The notes under the pieces: generated by a model
What the model saw: only the letters and a program-made list of their open reading frames with translations
Databases searched by the model: none
Told to the model about the DNA's origin: nothing
Shown: piece after piece, positions 38,506-51,532 of the stretch
Layout of the letters: each line of letters starts with the position of its first letter
Numbering within the stretch: position 1 is the stretch's first letter
Translations under genes and position numbers: made by a program
NCBI GenBank assembly: GCA_001179505.1
Contig: CDMY01000235.1
Span: forward strand, 1-64,000
From: Vitrella brassicaformis CCMP3155
Taxonomy: Eukaryota; Protista; Chromerida
Length of the DNA stretch: 64,000 bases
Direction: 5' to 3'

Positions 38506-39693
38506 CGTGATGTGAATATCGTATCGCTGTCCTTCAACACATCGCGTGTCCTCTCCCTTCTTTCCGCCACGAGATCTGCATAGCACGGCTGGATGCTATG
38601 CGGTTGTCGTGGGCGGCGGCTGGGAGCAGGCAACCGATGTGTGTGAAGGACAGTGTGTAGCGACTTGCCTTACTTGCAGCCCTTGAAAGTGTGCTGATGC
38701 CCAGTGGTGGTGCACTGGGCGGTCTCTGTAGTGTAGCCAGTGTCTCTACCGCACGTGCATTGCATGCCCCCTGTCGAGTGATGGTTCCTCTTGAAGCCCA
38801 ATTAAGCACGTGCGGCTTGAAGTATTGTGGCTTTTGTACCTACTGTACAGTTTATCAAATATTTCTTGTCGATAGCGAGTGGATGACAGTACTACGCTGA
38901 CTTCCCCCACACACAGGCAGGCAGGCAGGCAGGGAGTTCTGCCGGTGAACGGGAGGGTAGACTGTGACTTCGGGGCCTGTTGTCATCTTCTTGCACGCGC
39001 ACCGTCGTCTGGTCCAGCAAGGCGCACACGGCAGTACGTGTGTGAGGGAGATGTGCCGCAGGGAGTCGCAGTCTTGCCTCCCCTTTCCATTTTGCCACTC
39101 TGCATCCATGAGAGATCGTGTCAAGTGGGTGTCGTGTCCATCTATCAGCCAGCCAAAGTCCAAAGAGCCACTGCTACACACACCAGACACAAGGCCAAGC
39201 AAACAAAGCAAGTTTGTTTGCGTCTAGTGAGTGGTGTGTGGAGCTGTGTAACTTTTGGTCTTCTGCTTGAATTCCCCCGTGGCCGACTAGCGAACGACAC
39301 ACCACGACGTGCGTCGTTCATGTCGATACAGACCGATTCAATTGATTCAATTCAGTGAAGGGCCACTCAGATTGTGCACTCGTCAGTCCATCGTATATAC
39401 ACACGTACGCACACCCAGAGACACTCAGGCAGTGAAAAGTATCCTCGTCACAAATACAAGCCGCTTCGTAACGAACACAGGCCTACTTGTCTGTCTGCGG
39501 TCAGTCAGTCTTGGCCGAGGGGCAACGGCACCAGGCGAATCGCACACTCCACACCTGAACGCACCAACACATGCACACACAGATGACCGACCAATCGACA
39601 CACACAATATGGTCATACCTGTTCGATTCAACGCTGATCGCTGCGCTCCGCTGCCCACTGCCGCCACATCGTGTGTACGCTGTGTGTGACGGT

Positions 39694-42600
39694 TCAGCCT
39701 GGAAGCAGCCGTACCATCCGCACCTGAACCACACACATACTGCGGGTCTCTTGTCGATTTGTGGTCTGTGCTGACGGCGGACCTGCCGGGGCAAAGAAGT
39801 CCGTGATGCGCTGCTGAGTGGGGCTCAGAGGGGGCGGGAAGAGCGTCACCAGTATGCTGCCGAGACTGGTACCATCGATGCTCCCAGGGACGGCACAAAT
39901 GCGATCTGAAGAAGAAAAACAAGTAAGTGAGGGGAAGCTCGTGAAGTCTGGTTTTTCCTTACTGGTGGCGAACTCGGTGATGCGGCGCTGCCTGGGGGGC
40001 ACGGCCAATGCCGGCGACGCATCCATGGCATCAACTGCGATGGCAGGCAGAGACATGCATTCGTGGGGAAATGGCAGCGTCTGTCCTCTGTATATCATTG
40101 CATACCTCGGGGCGCTTTGGTGAAGGTCAGGTCCGTGTCTTCCACGGAAAAGCCGTACGCTGTTACAGCATCAAGACGGATCTCAAGGGCGGCTTCGTAG
40201 CCGGCTGGTAAGGTGAAGCAGGAGGGCTTCACCTCTGAGGTCTTGGTGGCGGATGCCAGCAACGGACAGAAGTCAGTGTCCTCCCAGTCGTCCTCGTCAT
40301 CACACAGCAGCTGTCCGTCAAAGATGAACTCGTCGAGAAACATATCCACCACTGATGCGTTCTCCTGCAACACGGCACGCAGCAGCGGTATCCGTTGCAA
40401 AAGGTCAATCAAACACAAATAGCCCCCTTTCTCCTCCTTCCCAACCTTTGAAACATCGATGACAAGCAGATTATCCGCGACAAAAGCTGAAGATGACACA
40501 GCATTGTCTGGTTGTAGCTCCTCGATGAGCCAAACCACATCATCAATCGGAAAGTCGTCCACTTCTTCGAGCTCCATGGTCAGATGCGCGATTTGCGGAT
40601 ATCGCTGTCGTCGCTCCACCAGGGTTGGCAGAAAGCCGTGCTCCGAGCTGAGAGCTGTGTCGGTGGACAGCTCCTCCAAGTCACTCGAAAAGGTGGTGAG
40701 TTTCACTTCTCTGACGGTCTTGCGGGGGCCGCTCGTACCTCCCTGGAAATACGCGAGACTTTCCAGGACGAGAAAACCGGGGATGGTAGAATCTAGAGCA
40801 ATCTTGATGTCCGACGGTAGCGACCGCAGAAGGCTGCAGAGGTTGTTGTCGAATGGAGGCGGCGAGAGGGTGCACGGATTGCCTGGTGGTCGCTCGACGG
40901 TGTCCAGCCTCAACTCTACAGCAGCATCGACACACACACACATGCGTAGTGGAGGCTGAGCGAGTATGCTGTCCAGCCTCAATTCTGTAACAGCATCGAT
41001 GCAAGAAGACGCGTGTTCGTTCTGTCACACCGACCTTGGATGTTCGCGAACACGCCTTCCCTCCCGATGCACTTGGGGATCGCCTGCAGGGCAAGCTCGT
41101 CCGCTTTGTCATCCGCTGTCAGCACCTTGAGCACCTTGGCTGCAGGGAAATCCAACGACTGCAGATCCGGGTGGAGGCTCAGCACCGACTTGCCGTACCG
41201 GCCGCACACGATCACCACTCTGTCGCTGCTCCGGGCGTACCGACGGACAAGCGGAGCTGTCGCCTTCAGAGATTGCAGAGACTCTTGGCGTGTCGAGAAG
41301 ACCCTCCTAGGGTCGAAGATGTCAGGGGTGTCCTCATGCGAGCAGTCCATGATGGCAACGCCTCCCGATCGAATGACCGTCCCGCCCCACTCCTCAATCT
41401 CTCGAATCAGCCGCAGCGGGCGAGGGTTTGCCACAGCATGACGCGACAATAGGTCGGCCGGCAGTGACAGGTTGAGCACGATGGGCGTGTGGATGACGAG
41501 TGTGCGGGCTGGGACCGATGGGCCTGTCTCTGTCTCGTTGCCGCTGCCGCTCTCCGCCATCCTGTCCGCAGCTCTCTCGCTCTTCCTCTCCGAATGCTGT
41601 CTGTCCTCCTCAATCTGCCATCGCCGCTCCTCCATGCGCTTCAGCAGCGCCATGACCTCACCACAGTCCTCCCACGTGCTGCTGTAATCGTCACCGTCCT
41701 CAACCAGTGGGGGAACCAGCACGTGACCGAGATGGGTCAGGCTATCCATGCCACCGAGGGCGTTGAATGTGAGCGGCAGGCGACTGGGGGCGAGAGGGAA
41801 GACGTTCAGAGCCGTGAGCTGCGGGTGGCGGCGACAGAATGAAGCCAGGCAGTCGTCAAACAGCAGGCTAAGCCGGTACGGATCACCATGTCTACTCCAC
41901 CAGCGTTGAACTGGATTTGGTCTCCACCAGGGGAGATGGGGTTCGGCACAAAGGTCGACAACGTCGACAATCCTGCCCGTGAGACGGCCCATCGACGGAC
42001 AGCGAAGCCGCATGCGCTCGAAGAGGGCCAGTCCGGCGACGCTCTCAATGTGAAGGGCCGCCAGTCGTGTCATCGCCAGGCCACGCAAGGCCTGCACGAC
42101 CACCCCAGCCGCATTGCTGCCGTGCGGCGGCTGGTCCTCCCGATCGCCAGCCTTGGCCCTCTTGCGCTTCAGAGGGTCGACGATGGACATCTCCTGCAGC
42201 TGGCTCGCATAGAGACTCAATCGGCGGAGACAGAAAGCCATCAGCTGGTCCTCGATGCTCTCCACTTTTGGCGGAAGGATGACCACCGCTCGGCGCACGA
42301 ACGTCGCATCGACCTTTCTTATCTTGCCCTGATTGGGGTGGACAAAGCTGACGACAGTGATGACCCCGTAGACCGCCTCATACAGAGTGTGGCAAACGCG
42401 CGCGAGCCCCACTGGTTCCGCTGGCGGCATCAGGTCAACGAGCTCCTCCCAGAGGCCGGCAGCCGCGACAACTCGAAGGAAGCCTGGGGCGCGCATGGGG
42501 AGGGAGCCAACTGCAGATGGACGACGGCCACGGGGCACGGGGGTGAGGGATGCTACGCTGCTCCGCCGAGATGAGGACGGCCGCGGGATGATGAAGCGAC

Positions 42601-43957
42601 ACTTGCGACAATGCGCTGAATCTGAGCATAAGGACGGATGGAGAAAGCCGTAAGCCCTGTCCCCCCTTTGCGTTCGTTGTCTGACGCACCTGAGAATGAA
42701 GCGATATCCTTGAGCTGTCCTGTGATGCCGTCTGACCCGAATCGCACCGACACATCGCCATCGATCGACTGAGGCAGGAGCATCTTGGTTGCAAGCTGGT
42801 GGTGTAGCGGCGCGAGGAGTTCCATCTCTGGCAGCTCGAAAGAAGTGGTCGGATCCTCCAGCTGTGATGGGGTCATGCTGGCGAGGTGGTAGGCGAAGTT
42901 TTGCAGCCAAGGTGGGCTGCTGAGGGCTGTGGTGAGGCCTTTGCCGTCGGAGCGCTCGCCGGTGTAGTAGGCGATCAGCTCACTCAGCCCTGCAAGATAA
43001 GTCGACACTGCCACACACACACAAGGCATCACAACCATCTGGTTGGGTCGAACCCTGGGAAGTGCGTTGACATAAGCGCACCTTTCTGCGATGCCACGTG
43101 TGGATGCGCCGGTGGATAGCCGAACCGCGTGTACTCCACATGAGCTCGGATCGAGTTGACGAAGTGATCGAGGGCCGCTGGATGCACACGGCCACGGTGG
43201 AACAGAAACGGCGAGGTGTCAACGCACTGGACCAGACAAGGGTGCATACTCGAGAAGTCCATATGAAGACGCCCTTCCCCCCATTTCCTTTTTGCCTACC
43301 TTGTCTTCCAGATGAGCGAAGTAGATGTGTGTGATGGTATCCAGGTCGGCCCCCAGCTTGGGCTTCGTATGCCGCTGACAGTCGAGAAGCGAGGGAAGGT
43401 GTCCAGTGGCCGACCATGCCCAAAGCATGCGAAGGTCCTCCACATATCGATCGACATCGAGGCTGGATGCTGTCACTCCAAGTGATTCCATCTGCATGAA
43501 AACCATGAATGAGGAGCAGAAGTCTGTGATGGTCCCTCATCGATGGTTCTTGTCCAGTGCATACCTGTGCTTTGACGTAGCTGCGGAGTGCCTCCCGCAG
43601 TCGATCGATCCACACCACTTCGAGCGCGTCGCACCACACTGACGAAGACGCCGATGCAGGTGATGGATCGATGTCCATCTGAAGATGCATAAAGAGCATG
43701 ACACACACGTCGCGCCGAGCTGGGCCATCTTTGGCAGCCGCGTGGGCGTACCGTGTCACTGGATGCGGGTGGTGTGTCCCATCTCTGGATGAGCGAGAGG
43801 TGGAGGGCCGGATGGGACACCACTGGAGGCGACAGGCTGAGGAGCAACGTGTCTGCATCGATGCCATACACACAATACGATCGACTCGCAACGGGCGCGT
43901 GCCTAATGCATGTACACAGTCACCAAACAGGGGCAGAATGAGCCGTGTTGCTCTCAA
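39694..43957 (-). CDS. Large multi-exon hypothetical protein with an internal F-box-like motif, LRR-like region, NLS and two C-terminal PIP boxes (both ends uncertain)
   Basis: Exons join in frame: ...KDIASFS|DSAHCRKC... (643-aa ORF), ...NIQ|ELRLDT... (295-aa ORF), ...KAPR|VDAMDASP.... Motifs: GLWEELVDLMPPAEPVGLARVCHTLYE, PLKRKRAK, QRRITEFA, QQRITDFF. Confidence 0.55.
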
Positions 43958-45906
43958 TCGCCTCGTCTTTTGGCAGCTGCCCTACCCACTGTGTGCGATT
44001 TGCGATTGGATGAAGTTGAAGATGGCTGTACTTGTGCCTCCAGCACGACACGGCAGCAGCAGAAGACAAAGGCCCGGATGATGGCGAACCAAAGAATCAG
44101 CACAGCACCTGCGTAGACAGCACAAACGGGCGCACGCTGACAGAGGTTGGCTGGCCCACACATTCGACAAAGTCACCTCACGGCTTGGTCGAGGAGATTC
44201 TGCGATTGGCCACTCGTATGTGGCTCTTGATCCACTTGCATGGCGTCTGTTTCATCAATTATCTCGGCTGCCGATGACACGAGAGATTCTGAACCACACA
44301 CGTACACAATGTGTATTGGTGTTTGGTCATTACGTGTTTCGTGACTGACCGAATGCGAGCATGACGAATGCTTTGGGACGAATCGCACGAATCAATGTGC
44401 CCGTCCGCCTCTCCACTTCGGCAGTGAGAGCATCTAGTGTGTCGTCGCCGCCCGCCAGGCCACTCATGAGTGTCTTGATACACACCAGCAGCCCATCAGC
44501 ACCCACAGGACTGGATGAAGGTGGAGGACATGACCCATCCCCGTCGCTGCCAACCGGCAAACAACCTGAGCGCATCACACAGCCCATCTACCTCTGGCAA
44601 CGACCCCTTCCACGTATTCTTTTACCGCAGCATTCAGGGAATCGATCCAGCAACCACTGCGTCAGGCTGCTGGACTTGCACAACGACGTCAGCCGACCAA
44701 GACGCATCCACTCGGCGGCAATGGCCGATGCTGGGCCGGACAGCTCACGAATGAAATGGCGGGCGCTGTGAGGGCTGAACAACACAGGGATCGATAATCA
44801 ATATGTGTGCACGTATGTGTCTGTGTGCGTGAGTGTGCTGGGTTCACCTGTCCGAATCGTGCTCGATCAGTGGCTGAACACTGTGTGACCGCGGCAGCAG
44901 CACTCTCAGGGAAACAGAGAGGGAACAGCGGCTGTGGACATCAAGGAGCAGGTCCTGCCAAACACGGGTACATTCATACCACCACTTCGACGATGGATGT
45001 GTGCGTGTCTGTGTGTGTGTGTGAGTGTGTCACCGTGCAGCAGAATTCCTTACCACCAGCTGTCTTTTGATTCGCTCTATTGTTTGTGGCAGCGCCTCGA
45101 CTCTCAGCAGACGATCAGTCTGCCCCGTCGCTCTCCTCACGCACAGCCGCCCATCGTGTGATTCAGATAGCTCCAGCAAACGACGCAGAGCATCTGCAGA
45201 CAGACAGGTCCCTACATGCAGCGCGCAGACAAAGCCATCACCGCATTTCTCTTGTGCTTCTCACCGAGTTGTTCTGACTGGTTGCACAGACGCTCAGGCA
45301 CTGCCTCGTTCAGCAGCACGAGAGGCAGGGACACCGGCGGCACTCAGTCCATCGGCGGGATGAATCAAACGAAAGATGCAGCCGTCATTCGTGCTGGTGG
45401 GTACTCACGTGCGACGGACACGCTCTGGCGCGTCGGGAAAAGCATATGGTTTGAGAATTCTCTCGAATGCAAGCTCGCAAGTGTGTGGGCAAAACCGCTG
45501 AAACCAATTTTGGCTGAAACCGCCTCCGTCGTTGGCAAAAGCGAGGCAAAGTGGATGCATAGCTGCTGACTCATGAATCATTCATCATCCATCCATCCAT
45601 CCGTCCGTATGAAACATGTAGGTACATATATACAGCTCACAGCCGGCCCCCAGAGTGGTCCGGTCCGGTCCACATACGAACCACTCGTACGTACATACAG
45701 ACAGGCAAGCACCAAAGCAAGTGTCTGATATCGATAGACTCGGCCATCCAGTGGCCTGGCAGGCAGCTACTCTCCTGTGATGCTGGCTGTCTTCTCGAAT
45801 GTGGCTTCTCGACTCCACAGCCAGACACACTGACGACACAACACATACGAACCCATGTGGCAGGTCATTGCCTGGCACCGCCAGTCCTATTTTTCTCACC
45901 CTCCCT

Positions 45907-48494
45907 CTACGAGCGACGACTTCCCGTAAGGGCAATGCCCCACTGCTGGTCCGCCCTGTCGATGGTGAACCTTCCGATGGTCATGCTGCTGCGGAACAGC
46001 TGCTCCAGCGCATTGCGGAGTCGGCTGCCCATCGGCAGCGGTGCCCAGTTCCTCTCCCGGAGGTGCACATGAAAACGCGCCAGGCCGCGGACGCCGTTGA
46101 TCAGAGAGGTCACGCCGTCGTGGATGACCTGAGCAGCTGCATCGGGCGGCCAAGACGATGGAACTGAATGACACACGACCCACACAAAGACGAGGCAGCA
46201 ACGTTGCGGCTGACATGACAAACCAGTGCATTCATTCATTCACACCTTCGATCGGCAGGTTGATTGTTTTGATGGACGGGAAGTCCGCCGACGCCCAGCC
46301 GTCAAACGGTCTCCGCGTGAGGTTGACACCATCCTCGCGGCTGTCGCCGCCTAGCCAGACGGTGTGCACCTTCCTCCCCCTCCCCAGCCCCTCCAGCACG
46401 CTCCTCCTGTCCCCCGCGTCGACGTCGGCATGGAACTTCACACACACCATCGTGCTGGGCATCCTCGAGGCGAACAGACGCCCCGCCGGCCCACCCAGAG
46501 CACTGCCGACGAAGAGCTGTATGACCTTGGGGAATGGGGGTAGGTGCTGGATGATGGCGGGCGTGGGGGCAGGAGTGCCGTGAGGGGGGGTGAAGCTACG
46601 GTCATTGCGGACGGCAACGTGCTGCACGCTGGTGAAGTCGAGGCTCTGCGCGACCTCGATGGCGGACTGGCTGGGGCTGTCGACGGGGTGGGTGAGGTCA
46701 TGATGGTCGATGAAGTAGATGACCTCTCGCGTGTCTCGTGCTGCGTCCTGGACGACCCTCTTGATGAAGGGGGATGGGCGGCTTGGGGAACGGTCGAAGT
46801 AGTCCGCGTACAGGACGGACGGCGAGACACCGCCGAATCCCGGATCAGTCGTCACGTTGATGGGGACGTCAGGAGACACACAGCACTCGTCGATGAGGCA
46901 ATCCACGGGCTCCAGCGCGGTGATCGAGCTGTGGTCATGTATTGATGGGATCCGCACAGCAAGGCTCTCGAGCGATTTGCGGCAGCCGCGCGATACGAGT
47001 GCCGCCTGAGTGAACAGGAGGGCGTGATTGGCAGGTGCATGGATGAGGTTGGCAGCCATTGTGTTTGCTGTGTGTGTGCCTGGTCACTTACCCGCAGCCG
47101 ATCCACTCCTTTGTTCGATCTACTCGACAAATGGTCGATGGTCCCTATGCTCCGCAGCTGGCTGAGCGGCCCTGGCCGCCCGGCAGCTGCCTCGGGGACG
47201 TGCTCAATCACACCCGCCCACCCGTTACCCGACAGACTCCCGCCGACATGCTGCAGCGACTTGGACGACTTGATGAAGCCGCCCAGCTGTCGGGCACTCC
47301 ACCCCTCCTGCTGGACGGTGGCCAGTGCGGGCATTACCCACTCCCTGTCGGCGATCACGCCGTGTGGTCCGTCGGCTCCTGTGACGGTCTTGAGCGCGTG
47401 GAGGGTGGTGGGGGTCGGGGTGAGGCCGTCCTCCTCCTCCTCCTCCTCGTTGTCGTCGTCGTCGCCCACCTCTAGATCGTCTAGAGTGGGAGGGGGAGGG
47501 GCAGAGGGACGACGCCCGTCAGTGCTGCTTCTGGTGCTGATGGCGGTGGTGAATTTGATGATCTCCAGCGAGCCGTCGTCCATCTGGTCGGGACCCGCCT
47601 CCTTGCGCGCCTTGCGTCGCCCCTCAGCATGGCCCTCAATCACGCAACACATCTTGTCCACACACCAAGACAGGTCGCCCAGCGGCTGCGCGATGGTGAG
47701 TGCCGTCAGGTCCACGAGCCGTTTGCCGAGCCGGGAGGCACCCTCGGAGGTGGTGTCCTCCCAGAACTGGCGCTCTGCAGGGCTGGAACTGTCTATGGCG
47801 ATGTGGGTCTGCTGGTAGAGGGCTGCGTGGCGGATGGTGGGGTGGTCAGGGAGGAAGGCCGACAGCTCGCGAGGGGTCATAAAGCTCATCACAGACGCTA
47901 TCATGTTGTCACCGAAACCTTCAGGAGCCTGAACCGGAAACGCGACCAAGGGACACGATGCGGGCGGCATGAGAGTGGGTGACGCAGCGTGAGAGTTCTG
48001 TGTGGCTGTGCTGTGTGTACCTTCTTGCTAACATCCCACACCTAGATCCAGACAACACACACACGTCACACACAGTGAGCAGTGGGTCCACGTGTCTTTT
48101 GTGCAAGCAGCTGCTCACCAGGTGCACTCCCGGTTGGCCATGCGGTAGTGTATTGGTCTCGCGCGGCACCACTTTGAACTTCTCTCCGCGGCCGCCCACC
48201 TCCCTCATGCGGATGGCCGTCCCTCTACTGGTCTCCTCCGTGCGATACACGTCCGCTTTGATCCAGACATAGCTGTCATTGGCACCCCTTCTCGTCTTGG
48301 ACGTCAGCAGAACACGGGTGCCCTCCTTGTAACGACTACTCGTACGCCGTGGCGCCACCTGATCAATCAGCCAAACAAAGGAATGCGTCATGGATGCAAT
48401 TGATGCAGCGGCACGCCTTAAGCTTTGCATCCATGCCATGACTCACCTCTGGCTGAGGCCGAGCGGCTGGTGATGCTGCCACTGCAGCTGCCAT
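45907..48494 (-). CDS. Lineage-expanded hypothetical protein (small beta-rich N-domain, degenerate F-box-like motif, LRR-like body)
   Basis: Exons MAAAVAASPAARPQPE|VAPRRTSSRYKEG...LPHGQP|VAFPVQAPEGFGDNMIASVMSFMTPREL...|AALVSRGCRKSL...|...ALTGSRRS*, all with canonical splice sites. Resembles, from memory, a highly multicopy chromerid family. Confidence 0.72.
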
Positions 48495-48934
48495 GCCGCT
48501 GCAACTCAACGGCTGACAGGATAACACGGCTGCAATGAATGCATCACTCTCAACGTTCACCCTGTCATCTGCGGGCTTGCTTTCTATGGGTGCGGCGAGG
48601 GATGGCCTCTCATCACGGGCTGCTTATCGACAAACGTGGAATGATGGTCAAGGCGGAAGAGCGGCCTGGCCAGGACAATAATGCCCGTGGAGGGACCCCG
48701 ACTAGCTATACAAGGGGCATTTGTCATCCCTTCAGCTCGCCGAAAAGCTCGCAAAAGTTGGAAGATCTGTGCCGGAAGCAGTTTCCACTTAAAAGACACG
48801 AAGAAGAATCTCACATATACAGCGGTTGATACACTTCCGCCGGCAGCGTTGGCCTCAAACGCAGCGATCGCCTCCTAACGCCATCTGGGCAGCCGAGGGA
48901 GGTTGGAGGTCTTTCTTGTGTCGCATCTGTCGCT
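48495..48934. promoter_or_regulatory. Putative bidirectional promoter (440 bp) with tandem AGCTCGC motifs
   Basis: Divergent ATGs at 48494 (-) and 48935 (+); AGCTCGC at 48734 and 48746. Confidence 0.55.
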
Positions 48935-51532
48935 ATGATGAACGGCCACGGTGACTCTGTCTTCGCCAAGTCTATCCGCACGTCCAAGGTAGCCTGCATC
49001 GGGGCGGGCTATGTGGGAGGGCCGACCATGGCCACCATCGCGCAAAGATGCCCGCACATACAGGTGACCAAGGGGCAGACAGAAAACTCTAAATACAGGG
49101 CAGAAAAGCGCCGCAGAAGCGCTGGTTGTGACTGTTGCTGCGTGTTGTTGGCTTCTGTTGACCGCGCAGGTGTACGTGTTGGACATATCCCAGTCGCGCA
49201 TAGCTGCATGGAACTCCGACCAACTCCCCATCTACGAGCCCGGACTGGACGACGTCGTGAAGGTACCAGCACCTAACGCGCACCACACAGATGGCCGGGC
49301 ACACAATGACGGATGTGTGGTTTTGTTCCGCTCTCTGTATCTGCAGGAGTGTCGCGGTCGCAATTTGCACTTCACGACGGACGTGTCCGGTATGGTGAAG
49401 GAGTGCGACATCATCTTCGTCTCCGTCAACACCCCCACCAAGACCAGGGGACTCGGCGCAGGACGCGCCGCAGACCTCGCCACATGGTCAGTCAGCGCTT
49501 CTCCCCCCCCTCCCCCCCTCCCCCCCTACACACACACACACACACGCACCGATGAGATGGGCGCCACACGGACGGTGGGTGCTTCTTCTGTCTGTGTGTG
49601 TGCAGGGAGTTGGCCGCGCGTTGCATCGCTGAGAATGCGGACGGTCCCAAGATAGTGATAGAGAAGTCGACGGTGCCGGTGCGGACGGCAGCGGCGGTGC
49701 AGCGTGTCCTGGAGGCCAACGAGAAGCCCGACGTCAAGTTCGTCATACTCTCAAACCCAGAGTTCCTCGCCGAAGGTGAGTTGGTTGGCGTGTCGGGGTG
49801 GCTGCGTCCGTGGCTTGTCTTCGGTGGTCATATGGGTGTCTGTCGTGTTGTGTGGTGTGTGCAGGCACGGCCATGAAGGATTTGGAGAAGCCCGATAGGG
49901 TACTGCTCGGCGGGCCCGAGGACGAGGACGGACAGTTCGCACTCAAGGTGACCTCACTGACTCACCGACACACGGATGCACCTTCGTGGTGATTGTGTGG
50001 GTGCGCGATGTCAGTTGTTGGTTGACGTGTATGCGAACTGGGTGCCCCGCGAGAAGATCCTCACCACCAACCTGTGGTCATCCGAACTCTCCAAACTCGG
50101 TAGGCTACACAGGCAGCCACACCCACCATTCAGTATTAATGCCCACTGGGTACGTGTGTGCCATGATGGTTGTGTGTTCAGTCGCGAATGCGTTCCTGGC
50201 TCAGCGCATCTCGTCCATCAACGCCATCTCCATGCTGTGCGAGAAGACCGGTGCCAACGTCAAGGAAGGTACACACACACCACCCTTGCACCACACCATA
50301 GCACACCACACCGATCTCATGTGTGTCTTATCTGTATCAGTTGCGCACGCCATCGGTTTGGACAGCCGCATCGGTCCCAAGTTCCTCAACGCATCCGTCG
50401 GCTTCGGAGGCTCGTGCTTCCAAAAGGCGAGAGACCACACACACACGCATTAGAGCGCCCAGACATGCCCCGTGCTTGTGTCATGCTGGTGCAGGACATT
50501 CTCAACTTGGTGTACCTGTGCGAGTCGTTCGGCCTGCCGCAGGTAAGGAGAACCACACGGCTGATCCGGTTCGCCTGCGCGAAGCATCGTGTACGTCTGA
50601 TGTATCCTCAGGTGGCTGCGTACTGGCAGCAGGTGGTCGACATGAACGAAGTCCAGAAGCACAACTTCACCAGAAAAGTGGTGCGTGAAATGAGTACATC
50701 TAGCTAGGCGTGCAGAGCCATGGACTGTCGACCTCCTTTCTGGTGTGCAGATCGACGCCATGTTCAACACGGTCAACCGCAAGAAGATCGCCATATTCGG
50801 ATTCGCCTTCAAGAAGGACACCGGCGACACGCGCGAGACACCCGCACTGTGAGACACACAAACAAGGCTGCCGCTCGTGTCTTGTCTTCACTCCCCCACG
50901 TGTCTGTCTACCTGGGTGTGTTTGCCTGCAGGACTGTGTGTTCGTTGCTGATGTCTGACGGTGCGATCCTGCACGTTTACGACCCCAAGGTGACCCGCGA
51001 GCAGGCGCTGCAGGAGTTCAGGGACCACAGGCTCGAATTCGACTTCGAAAAACAATTCTTCTGGGAGGTACGGATGACACAAACACCCAGCAACCACGCC
51101 TTGGCTGCAGCGACGTTTGTGTGGTATGATGTTATGTGCAGGAGGACGCCGAGTCGGCGGTGCAGGACTCGCACGCCATCCTCATCCTCACCGAGTGGGA
51201 CGCGTAAGCCAACCGCACACATGGACACGCGCTCTTGCCCACACGTATTCGCGTGTGTGTGTCCGTGCGCGTGTTGGTTTGTCAGTTTCAAGGGTTACGA
51301 CTACAGTTTGTTCCGCAAGCGGATGCGCAAGCCCGCATTCCTCTTCGACGGCAGGAACATACTCGACCACGACAAGTGGGCTGCCACCACACGGACCCAC
51401 ACATCAGCCATGGGCACATGTCGTCCCTGTGTGTTTTCATTGTCACACAGGTTGGCCGACATCGGTTTTGAGGTGCACTCGATCGGCAAGCCCCCCCTCA
51501 GGAGCAGGGCCCCCATCAACAACAGCCACTGA
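48935..51532 (+). CDS. UGDH: UDP-glucose 6-dehydrogenase, 15 exons
   Basis: [51 protein letters not shown]|[23 protein letters not shown]|D (catalytic Cys), [16 protein letters not shown] and FDGRN. All 14 introns resolve in frame. Confidence 0.97.
50427..50494 (+). other. Non-canonical GC-AG intron in UGDH
   Basis: The conserved FQK|DIL junction can only be joined using AAG/GCGAGA ... GTGCAG/GAC. Confidence 0.85.

Noticed and set aside
26580-43610. Recurrent (T)CGATCG(A) palindromes reminiscent of cyanobacterial HIP1
   Set aside because: Only a handful of copies, compatible with background GATC/TCGA simple repeats; not the GCGATCGC octamer at high density
44100-45900. ORFs 44361-44771 and 45216-45569 as a gene or transposon remnant
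   Set aside because: No transposase, RT or integrase motifs, no terminal repeats, and no convincing splice chain; left unannotated
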